Shown piece after piece: positions 21,933 to 30,842 of a DNA stretch of 51,336 nucleotides (position 1 is the first letter of the stretch; the number at the start of each line of letters is the position of its first letter). The position numbers were made by a program, and so were the translations under genes. The notes under the pieces were generated by a model. That model was not told the DNA's origin, did no database searches, and saw only the letters and a list, made by a program, of their open reading frames with translations. This stretch comes from an uncultured delta proteobacterium (GTDB lineage: Bacteria; Desulfobacterota; Desulfobacteria; Desulfobacterales; UBA2156): NCBI GenBank assembly GCA_963736855.1, contig CAVTQK010000003.1, positions 1 to 51,336 of the forward strand, in the 5' to 3' direction.

Positions 21933-23528
21933 TCAGGATTCGGTCTCTTTCCGGAATTGGCTGCCCTGACAATGGGGGCAGGTGGTGCCGGAAGGCATCA
22001 ACTGCTCCACCGGCGCGGAGAACCAGATATCGGCCCCCTGATCCTTCACCAATTTTTCAAGATGATCGAGCATGGCCTGGGTCAGGACCCAGTTGTTGCA
22101 CTGCCGACAATAAAAGGCCGGGATGGGTACACCCCAGGATCGCTGGCGGGAAAGACACCAGTCCGGCCGGGTTTCCATCATGCCCCGGATCCGGTCACGG
22201 CCCCAGGCCGGCACCCAGGTGACCCGATCTATCTCGGCCAGGGCTTTTTTCCTGAGGTCATTGGCCTCCATGGAGATAAACCATTGTTCGGTGGCCCTGA
22301 AAATAACCGGCTTTTTGCAGCGCCAGCAGTGGGGGTAGCTGTGTTCAATGGTTTCCTCCCCTTTCAGGGCCTGCACTTCCCGCAATTTTTTCTTGACCGC
22401 CTCGTTGGCTTCAAAGACAAATTCTCCGGCGAAAAATCCGACCTCAGGGGTAAAGCGGCCCCCGTCATCGACGGGTGAATAGATATCCAGGCGATAGTTG
22501 AGACCGCTCTCATAATCTTCCTGCCCATGACCGGGTGCGGTATGAACCACTCCGGTACCATCCTCCAGAGTCACATACGGGGCCAGGATCATCATGGATC
22601 CCCGCTCGTAAAGGGGATGCCGGCTTTCTTTGCCCTCCAGGACCTTGGGATCTACCGCCGTCAAAATCACCGGATTTTGCCAGGCCAGACGCTGGCCGAC
22701 CTTTTCCAGAAGTCCCTTGGCCAGGATGAAGACCTCTTTCTCGACCTGGACGGCCACATACTCATAATCCGGGTGAAAGGCCAGGGCCAGATTGGCTGGA
22801 ATAGTCCAGGGGGTGGTGGTCCAGATGAGAACCGAAACGTCCTTGCCTTTGAGGTCCGGATAGATTTCATCCAGGCGACTGATCACGGGAAAGGCGACAA
22901 AGATGGACGGCGAGGTGTGCGGTTCGTATTCCACCTCGGCCTCGGCCAGGGCCGTTCGGCACGAGGTACACCAGTAAATCGGTTTTTTGCTCTTGGTGAC
23001 GCTCCCCTGGAGGGCGAATTTCCCGAACTCCCGGACGATGACCGCTTCATAGGCGAAGTTCATGGTCAGGTAGGGATTTTCCCATTCCCCCAAGACCCCC
23101 AACCTTTTGAATTCCTCCCGTTGGATATCAATATATTTTCCGGCATACTCCCGGCAGCGTTGACGGATTTCGATTTGGGACAGCTCTTTTCGCTTGGCCC
23201 CTAATTCCTTGTCCACCTGATGCTCTATCGGCAGGCCGTGACAATCCCACCCGGGCACATAAGGGGCGTCAAATCCCGTCATCTGTTTCGATTTGATGAT
23301 GATATCCTTCAGAATCTTATTAAAGGCCGTTCCCATATGGATGTTGCCATTGGCATAGGGGGGACCGTCATGCAGGATAAACTGCTTCCGGCCCAGCGAA
23401 GACCGGCGGATCTGTTGATATAATTCCATCTGCCCCCATTTTTCCAGCCAGCCGGGTTCCTTTTGGGCCAGACCGGCCTTCATCGGGAAATCAGTCCGGG
23501 GCAGATTCAGGGTCTTTTTATAATCCAT
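21933..23528 (-). CDS. ileS: Isoleucyl-tRNA synthetase, N-terminal 531 aa only (3' truncated before DVWFDSG and KMSKS)
   Basis: [78 protein letters not shown]; breaks at CPHC...KETD(ILD). Confidence 0.97.
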   Translation of the reverse strand: MDYKKTLNLPRTDFPMKAGLAQKEPGWLEKWGQMELYQQIRRSSLGRKQFILHDGPPYANGNIHMGTAFNKILKDIIIKSKQMTGFDAPYVPGWDCHGLPIEHQVDKELGAKRKELSQIEIRQRCREYAGKYIDIQREEFKRLGVLGEWENPYLTMNFAYEAVIVREFGKFALQGSVTKSKKPIYWCTSCRTALAEAEVEYEPHTSPSIFVAFPVISRLDEIYPDLKGKDVSVLIWTTTPWTIPANLALAFHPDYEYVAVQVEKEVFILAKGLLEKVGQRLAWQNPVILTAVDPKVLEGKESRHPLYERGSMMILAPYVTLEDGTGVVHTAPGHGQEDYESGLNYRLDIYSPVDDGGRFTPEVGFFAGEFVFEANEAVKKKLREVQALKGEETIEHSYPHCWRCKKPVIFRATEQWFISMEANDLRKKALAEIDRVTWVPAWGRDRIRGMMETRPDWCLSRQRSWGVPIPAFYCRQCNNWVLTQAMLDHLEKLVKDQGADIWFSAPVEQLMPSGTTCPHCQGSQFRKETES

Positions 23529-23671
23529 CTTTCCTCCAGCACCTTCATTGACTTTCTTTCCCTTATCACAAGCAAGCGATAAGTCAAGGATAAATCAGAC
23601 CTTCCACCCGTTCCCGGGTGGGGCCGAAATGGAATGGGCCTGATGACGACCCGGGGTATGGAGAAAAGGGA

Positions 23672-23702
23672 TTGACATCATCACAGCATGATGGCATGAT
23701 GT
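23672..23702 (+). promoter_or_regulatory. Sigma70-type promoter of vapBC overlapped by CATCAT/ATGATG inverted repeats
   Basis: TTGACA-17nt-CATGAT; acatcat...atgatg...atgatgt. Confidence 0.6.
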
Positions 23703-23730
23703 TACTGCCTGACCGGAAAGGAGGACCCGC

Positions 23731-23982
23731 ATGAAGCGAGCCCAGATCCAATTGGAAGAAAAAACCTTTGAGGTCTTGCGCCAACGGGCCTTTCAAGAAA
23801 AAAAATCCATTGCCGGGGTCATTCGGGAACTCATCAACAAAGAAATAACCCTTCAGGCCCAACCGAAATCGTTGTCGATAAAAGATTTCCGCTTTATCGG
23901 CGCCGGTAAATCCCTTCAAGGATCCCTTAAACCGGTTTCAGAACGGCACGACCAGGCCCTTGAGGAGGTGTTTCAAAAATGA
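23731..23982 (+). CDS. vapB: CopG/ribbon-helix-helix antitoxin (VapB type)
   Basis: MKRAQIQL...SIAGVIRELI RHH pattern; C-terminal SERHD; ATGA overlap with the PIN gene. Confidence 0.85.
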   Translation: MKRAQIQLEEKTFEVLRQRAFQEKKSIAGVIRELINKEITLQAQPKSLSIKDFRFIGAGKSLQGSLKPVSERHDQALEEVFQK

Positions 23983-24369
23983 TTTTTTTGGATACCTCGG
24001 CTGTCTATGCCATGGCGGACAAAGCGGATCCCAATCATGCTTCGGCCCTGGAGAAATTCAATCACGCCTTGTCGGCCAGGAGAGTCCATTTGTCTCCACA
24101 ACTATATTTTGGTGGAAAGTGCGGCCTTATTGCAGGCCCGGCTTGGCCTGCAGGTGGCTTTGCAATTTCTGAAGGAGGTAAAAGCATTTCAGATTGAATG
24201 GGTAGATCAGGACCTCCATGAAAAGGCCTTGAAGGAACTGAAAAGAATCGGGAGGCGAGGGGTCAGTTTTGTGGACTGCCTGAGTTTTTTAGTCATGAGA
24301 CAGAGGGGGATAAAAAGGGCTTTGGCCTTTGACCCTGATTTTACCGACCAGGGGTTTGAGCTGTATTAA
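23979..24369 (+). CDS. vapC: PIN-domain toxin (VapC); frameshift ~24075
   Basis: MIFLDTSAVYA, NYILVE, SFVDCLSF, AFDPDF. Confidence 0.9.
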
Positions 24370-24565
24370 TAGGCAAAAGACGGTGCTGGACAGAAAAAGG
24401 AAAAACCCCTGAAGATTTGGCCTAAAATCATATCGGGTGACGTCCGATCTGGGAAAGAAGTGGGGTGCAGTTGAAGGATTAGGGCCAGGGAAGGGGAAAT
24501 CGGGCTTTTTGATATTTGGGCGTCTGCAACAAACTCCACGATAAAAATCTGAGGGCCAGAATACG

Positions 24566-25384
24566 ATGGGGGAAAACAAAAAGAGCGGAGTGGAAAAGAA
24601 AGGGGAAGTCCGGGTTGAATTGAAAGACCGCCGGGGGAAAGGTCGGGTGGCCTTTATCGTCCTTGATCATCAGCACAAACTGAATGTGGTCAATACACCC
24701 CTTTTGGAAAAACTGACCCAGGCCTTGGTCGATCTTAAGGGAGATGAGAGGCTGCGGGCGGCGGTCCTGACCGGAGCCGGGAAACGGGCCTTTATCGGCG
24801 GTGCGGATATCAATGAAATGGTCGATTTTGACCCTGACACCGGGGAGGCCTTTATCACCCGCCTGCACGGGGTGTGCGCGGCCATCCGGGACCTGCCGGT
24901 GCCGGTCATAGCCCGGATTTCCGGCTACTGCCTCGGCGGAGGCCTTGAAATAGCCGCCTCCTGCGACCTGCGCCTGGCAACGGAAGACGCCCAATTCGGC
25001 ATGCCTGAAGTGCGGGTTGGGCTGCCCTCGGTGATTGAGGCCTGTCTTTTGCCGAAACTGATGGGCTGGGGCAAGGCCCGGGAAATGGTTTATACCGGCC
25101 AAACCATCACCGCTGCCGAAGCCCGGCAATGCGGTTTGGTGGACCGGGTCGTGGCCCCGGAGAACCTGGACCAGGCCCTTGAGGACTGGATTGAGGCCAT
25201 TCTTGAGGCCGGCCCGAAAGCGATCCGGATGCAGAAGGTCCTTATACGCCAGTGGGAGGATTTACCGATTGATGAAGCGGTTAAGGCAGGAATAAAGGCC
25301 TTCCGGCAAACCTGGCAGAGCGAAGAACCGCGCCGCTTGATGCAGGCCTTCCTGAACCGGCCGCGAAAGTGTACAGAATTCTAA
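24566..25384 (+). CDS. Enoyl-CoA hydratase/isomerase family protein
   Basis: AFIGGADI, CLGGGLEIAASCDLR, FGMPEV.VG. Confidence 0.93.
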   Translation: MGENKKSGVEKKGEVRVELKDRRGKGRVAFIVLDHQHKLNVVNTPLLEKLTQALVDLKGDERLRAAVLTGAGKRAFIGGADINEMVDFDPDTGEAFITRLHGVCAAIRDLPVPVIARISGYCLGGGLEIAASCDLRLATEDAQFGMPEVRVGLPSVIEACLLPKLMGWGKAREMVYTGQTITAAEARQCGLVDRVVAPENLDQALEDWIEAILEAGPKAIRMQKVLIRQWEDLPIDEAVKAGIKAFRQTWQSEEPRRLMQAFLNRPRKCTEF

Positions 25385-26523
25385 CCCATTGTTTGAGCAG
25401 CCAGAATCTCCCGGCCGAAATGATCTTGCAGCCATTTTTTCAGCCCCGGAATCTCTTCCATCTTTTTTATCGAGCGGGGATTTTGCACAGCCAGGGCATT
25501 GATCAGGTTGTTATTTATAAGGATTCCAGGCTCCAGACCTAAATTTTCCGCCTGCCGATCCCGCCATTCTTTTAAGGCTTTGACCCTGTTGCGTACGGGC
25601 GATGAAAGACCCGGCTTTGCTACCCGGCGGTGCACCGGAAGATCTTTATCGGGAATGTCCATGGCCCGTTGAATTTCCCGCACCAGATGAGCCCCATATC
25701 TGTCGATTTGCTTCCGGCTCAGGGCTTTCCCCGTTTCCAGTTCTTTCAGGTCCAAAGGTTTTTTCACGGCCAGCTCCAGGAGGGGTTCGTTGCCGAGCAC
25801 CTTGAAGGGAGGAAGATCTGACTTTTGCGCCTTGGCTTCTCGGAATTCCAGCAAAGTCTCCAGAACTGCCAGGCTCCTGGGATCCAGGCGGGAAGCCCCT
25901 TTCACTTTTAGGTAAAGCGGACCCCGGTTGGGGGGCATGAAACGGACCTTAGTCATGGATAGGCATTCTTCCTCCACCCAGGATAACCGGCCCTTCTCTT
26001 CCAGTTCCTTTTCCAGCATACGGGCCAGGGGAATCAGGTACCTGCTGTCCATGGCCGCGTATTCCACCATTTCCGCGGAAAGGGGTCTGCGGGACCAATC
26101 GGCCCGCTGAAATTTTTTATTCAGCTCCACCTGGAACCGGTTTCGCAGTAAGGCTTCCAGCCCGGTCTCCTGGAGGCCCAGAAATTTACCGGCCAACTGC
26201 GTATCGAAGAGGTTTTCGATCTCGAGCCGAAAATCTCGGTACAGGGAACGGATATCATAATCCGCTCCGTGGAATACCTTGCGGATGCGGGGATTGGAAA
26301 AAACGGGCTGTAAAGCGGAAAGATCCCTCAGCGCCAGAGGATCCACCACATACGTGGCGGATTCCGTAGCGATCTGCAGGAGGCATACCTTTTCAAAGTA
26401 GTGGTACATGGAGTCCGCTTCCAGGTCGACCCCGATGATTTTGGCCTGCCCCAGAATCCGGGCCGCCTCTTCCAATCGCGGCAAGGTCTCGATCCATTGA
26501 TAGGAAAATGGTTGGTCATCCAT
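25381..26523 (-). CDS. rnd: Ribonuclease D (DEDD exonuclease + HRDC domains)
   Basis: VDLEAD, CLLQI, KVFHGADYD, FDTQLA, DWSRRPLS, YAAMD; two HRDC domains. Confidence 0.92.
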   Translation of the reverse strand: MDDQPFSYQWIETLPRLEEAARILGQAKIIGVDLEADSMYHYFEKVCLLQIATESATYVVDPLALRDLSALQPVFSNPRIRKVFHGADYDIRSLYRDFRLEIENLFDTQLAGKFLGLQETGLEALLRNRFQVELNKKFQRADWSRRPLSAEMVEYAAMDSRYLIPLARMLEKELEEKGRLSWVEEECLSMTKVRFMPPNRGPLYLKVKGASRLDPRSLAVLETLLEFREAKAQKSDLPPFKVLGNEPLLELAVKKPLDLKELETGKALSRKQIDRYGAHLVREIQRAMDIPDKDLPVHRRVAKPGLSSPVRNRVKALKEWRDRQAENLGLEPGILINNNLINALAVQNPRSIKKMEEIPGLKKWLQDHFGREILAAQTMG

Positions 26524-26598
26524 TGGCGTTGCCGATCCTTTTTCAATCGTTCAATTTTTCCGGCACCCTTACTTGGTGCGACCCCACCGGTCCACGGC

Positions 26599-27207
26599 TT
26601 ACCCGAATAATCTGGATGCAATTTTTGCCACATGTTCCCCCTGAAATCGAGCCGCAGCCAATTCGTTATCGCTTGGCCAGCGTTCGCCTCTGCCGCCGGC
26701 AATCGTTGATGCTCCGTAAGGACTACCTCCGGTGATTTCATCAATGCGCATCTGTCCTTGAAAAGTATAGGGCAATCCGACCAGTATCATGCCGTGATGG
26801 AGCAAGGTTATATGGAAACTGAGAATGGTTGATTCCTGCCCACCATGCTGTGTAGCCGAACTCGTAAATACGCTCCCGACTTTCCCACGAGCGCACCGTC
26901 AGCCCAAAGCTGCCCGGTTGCATCTAAAAACTGCCTCATCTGCCCGCACATATTGCCGAAACGGGTGGGTGTCCCGAAGATAATGGCATCGAAGGCCGCC
27001 AGGTCTTCAACCGTGCCAATCGGAACATGAGATAAAGCTTGTTGGGCTTGCACGCTCCATCGTTTCCAAGACGCTGAGAGGTAACGTCTCCGGAACGCGT
27101 CTCATTTCTACCAGGGCTCCCTTTACCTTTCTGGCGCCTTCCGCAATAGCTTCTGCCAGGTGATGAATATGGCCGTACATGGAATAGTAGACAACTAAAA
27201 TTTTCAT
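26599..27207 (-). CDS. wrbA: NAD(P)H:quinone oxidoreductase WrbA (frameshifted)
   Basis: [37 protein letters not shown]. Confidence 0.95.
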
Positions 27208-27515
27208 CGCCTATCTCCTTGTTTAAAAAGTTTTAATTTACATTCTTTTCGTTTCCGATGACCAATCGGTCATCCCCGTTTTAGGCCATAGCTCTGAAAC
27301 CCGGATCCCCATCTGACTTGGATTTGAGATGGGTTTAATAATAGTTTCTAATGACAAGCCTTTTAAAAGTCAAGACGGCAATCAGGTTTGGAGAGAAAAC
27401 TTTACCGGGAGAGCAAAATAGGGTAAGATTAACCCAAACTTCGGGAAGTCTCTTATTAGATCGTCACAGGACAATAAGTTATATCAGGGTCCGGGGAACG
27501 AGAGAAGAAATTAAA

Positions 27516-28521
27516 ATGGCCACCTGCCTATGGAACCATTAGGATCTCTCGACGTGATTTTCTGCAAACCGTATTAGCGGCTGGGCTCTTTTCGGGACTG
27601 GTTTATCCGAAGCCGGCCTTCAGCCAGGCTTCTTCTCTGGATGTTCCTGGGGACAAGGCCCGGGGAACCCGGATGGACGATGGTCGTCCAAGCGCCACCG
27701 CGCTGGGGGCGGCCTTTCTCCGAGCTGCCCATCAAGTTCTGGACCAACCCCGGATCCTCGAAGATCCGATTGCCTCACGGATACTGGGTTCGGAAAGAGA
27801 ATCGGCCCTGCGATCTTATCCTGAGCGGTATGGTGCCAGCCGGGCGCTGCGGGCCTTCATCGTGCTCAGGAGCCGGTATGCCGAGGATGAACTGGCCCGG
27901 GCGGTTCAGAGAGGCGTCCGTCAATACGTGATCCTGGGCGCCGGACTGGACACCTTCCCCTATCGCAACCCCTACCCCGTGTCCCGTCTCCGCGTCTATG
28001 AGGTGGATCATCCGGCGACCCAATCCTGGAAACGCCGGCAGCTTCAGCAAGCCGAGATTGCCATCCCGGATTCGGTGGCCTATGCACCCATCGACTTTGA
28101 GAAACAAACCCTGGGCGAAGGATTAGGAAGCGCCGGTTTCAATAAGCAGGAGCCCGCTTTCTTCTCGATGCTCGGGGTCGTTATGTATCTGACGAAATCG
28201 GCCGTGCTGGAAACACTCAAATTCGTCGCCTCGCTGCCTTCCGGCAGCGAAATCGTCTTCGACTACTGTGCTCCGCCTTCCCTGCTTCCGGAAGGCCCGC
28301 GATCCGCCCACGAAATGGTCGCCAATCGGGCCGCAGCGCTCGGAGAACCGTGGATCACCTACTTCGATCCCTCTGTCCTCGCCGGCGAGCTCCGGCAAAT
28401 GGGATTCGGGCTGATTGAGGATACCGGCTCCCAGGAAGCCAACCAGCGCTACTTCAAGGATCGGTCGGATGGCCTTTCGATCAGCGGCGCCGGCCGCCTG
28501 ATGAAGGCGCAGGTCTGTTGA
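27516..28521 (+). CDS. Class I SAM-dependent methyltransferase (LCM/TIGR00027-like) with in-frame upstream twin-arginine signal peptide
   Basis: SATA..AA.LRA.H, QYVILGAGLDT, YEVDHPAT, LGVVMYL. In-frame 27541-27672 reads RISRRDFLQTVLAAGLFSGLVYPKPAFSQA. The start codon needs a 1-nt indel correction. Confidence 0.85.
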
Positions 28522-28572
28522 CGGGTGAGGCGGAAAGCCCCCCCTTTTTTTCTTAGAGAGGAGTTGAAGGCC

Positions 28573-29477
28573 ATGGAGTTTAACTGGAAAACGGCAGGGA
28601 GGGAATGGAGGAGGCATGTTTTTGCCTATACCTGGAAAGATGCGGCTCTGTATGCCTTGGGCATCGGCGCCCAGGTTGATGAGCTTCCCTTCCTTTACGA
28701 AAACACCCCGGGAGGGCTGAGGGTCTTCCCCAGCTTCGCGGCGGTCGCTGCCGGCGGGCTGATTCTGGATTTCGTTGAACAGATTGAAGGCTCCCGGTTT
28801 CTGCATGGAGAGCAGAGGATCCGCCTCCATCAGCCCCTTCCCCCTCAGGGAAAGATCGTTGCGACCGGCCGGGTGGCCGAGGTCTTCGACAAGGGCAAGG
28901 CCGCGGTCATCCGCTTTGAATCGCAAGGCCATACGGAAGACGGCCGGCTTCTCTTCGAAAGTGAACACATTGCCTTTCACCTGGGAGGCGGGGGATTCGG
29001 GGGGATCCGGGACCCAAGGCGGAGCCTTTAAACCCTCCCGATGGGGTCGAACCGGGTTTCCGCGTCTCCTATAAGGTTCCCGAGAACCAGGCGGCCCTCT
29101 ACCGTCTCAGCGGGGACCTGAACCCGCTGCATTTGGACCCGGAGTATGCCAAACAGGGAGGCTTCCAAAAACCCATCCTGCACGGTCTCTGCACCTACGG
29201 CTATGCCACCCGGGCCATCGTCAACGGACTCTGCGGCGGGGAGGTGACCCGCTTCAAGGAGTTCAAGGCCCGTTTCTCCGATGTGGTTTACCCGGGCGAG
29301 ACCCTGACTACCGAGGGCTGGCCGACCCAGGAAGGACGATACCTCATCCAGGTCCGGACCGAGCGGGCCATTGTGATTCGCAATGCCTATGCCGTTATTT
29401 GCTCTGAAAGTTCACCCGGGGAAAAGGTACCGGCGTGGTCATCCGGGAGACTCCGGTTGGATCCTCCCTACTCCTGA
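28573..29477 (+). CDS. MaoC-family (R)-specific enoyl-CoA hydratase, double hot-dog (frameshift ~29010)
   Basis: YALGIG, LHGEQ, QAALYRLSGDLNPLHLD, PILHGLCTYG. Confidence 0.92.
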
Positions 29478-29607
29478 TTGACCTGTCGAAGGATCGGATT
29501 TAAATCAAAAGAGATTATCGCCGAATTAGAAATTAAGGAGATAGCTTATGACCTTCTCAAAGAGCTCCCATGTCGCGCTTCATTTTCTGCGTGTCACCGC
29601 CAGTGAT

Positions 29608-30620
29608 GTGCGTGTATCCGCCATTATTTGCCAGCGCGCCCAGGTCCGGGTTGGCGTCAAGGATGTTGCCGCAGGCGCTGCTGTTGGCTGGACACCCGCC
29701 CGCCACAATGCTGTCATAGATCTCGGCGGAAACGGCGTTATTGACGATCTCGCTGCCGTTCCCCCAGAAGATGCTGTCATAGATCTCGGGGACGCCGCTC
29801 TGGTTGTACATCGCACCGCCGCAGGTTGACTACCGGCTGTGTTGCCACTGAAAGTAACATTCGTCAGGCTTGGGCTGCTGCCGGCATAGTTGAGCATCCC
29901 GCCGCCATTGAAAGTGGACGAGTTTGCACTGAATGTAACGTTCGTCAGGGTCGGGCTGCAGTTATTCCAGTTGGACATCCCGCCGCCTGGGAGCCGGCTG
30001 AGTTGCCACTGAAGGTGACGTTCGTCAAGGCTCGGGCTGCTGCCTGACGTAATTGTTCATCCCGCCGCCGCTGGCATCGGAAGGGTTGGCATTGAAGGTC
30101 ACGTTGGTCAGGCTCGGGCCGCTGCTATAGTTATACATCCCGCCGCCATCGCTATCGGCTGTGTTTCCGTCGAAGGTAGACATTCGTCAGGCTTGGGCTG
30201 CTGTTACCGTTATACATCCCGCCGCCAATACCGCCACTGTTGGCCCGGTTGATGCTGAAGGTTACATTCGCCAGGGTGGGGCTGCTCGCGTCGTTGTACA
30301 TCCCGCCGCCTTTGCCGGTGGTCCAGTTGTCACTGAAGATCAAATTTGCCAGGGTCGGACTGCCGGATTGAGTTGTACATCCCGCCGCCCAGGAAATAGG
30401 TCAGAGCTGTGACATTTGCATTTCCTGCATAGATGGTGAAACCATCCAGCACGGCGGTGCTGTTCGTGTAACTGCCGACGACCACGTGGTACGAGTTATC
30501 GGCCCAATCACGGGTGGCACCAATATCGCCGCTCAGGCGGGTGACGTTGGCGGACGGGTTGCGCTGAGTGCGCAGGGTTTCCGTGCCGTTGAAGCCGCCG
30601 TAGATGCCCACGCCATTTTT
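29608..30620 (-). pseudogene. Internal fragment of a beta-helix repeat surface protein with choice-of-anchor Q-like end; both ends missing
   Basis: KNGVGIYGGFNGTET, LSGDIG...DNSYHVV, repeated GGGM.N..SSP.L.NVTF..N, SIFWGN, DPDLG.LANNGG.T-like end. Confidence 0.75.
29805..30392 (-). repeat. Seven to eight tandem 78-84 bp coding repeats (GGGMxNxxSSPxLxNVTFxxN)
   Basis: catcccgccgcc at 29895, 29976, 30058, 30136, 30215, 30299 and 30378, plus a degenerate copy at ~29809. Confidence 0.88.
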
Positions 30621-30775
30621 GACCGCGATCGCCGTAAGGGCGCATTGCAGCCTTTGATGACGCCATACCTGCTACCACCTTCCAACTGGAAATAAGTGGC
30701 ATAAAAAAGCACCTTGCGAAATGTCTGATAGAGGGCCGAGGAGAGAAAAAAGAGACTAAAAGCCATCCTTAGATG

Positions 30776-30812
30776 AAAAAAAGCCCTGCGGGATTAAACC
30801 CCGCAGGGCTTT
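30776..30812 (-). terminator. Rho-independent terminator downstream of the large surface-protein gene
   Basis: A7 + aagccctgcggg / cccgcagggctt stem. Confidence 0.85.
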
Positions 30813-30842
30813 AGTAAAGGGATAACCTATTGAATGGCTCTA

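Noticed and set aside
21383..23528. Real ileS-tctA fusion or operon
   Set aside because: Both genes are truncated at the same point with a stop between them; best explained as an assembly join.
23530..23670. T-box leader upstream of ileS
   Set aside because: No T-box consensus, and the spacer is short and shared with the vapBC promoter.
29805..30392. ~80-bp periodic repeats as a CRISPR array
   Set aside because: Units are degenerate, codon-structured protein repeats with similar 'spacers', and no cas genes are present.
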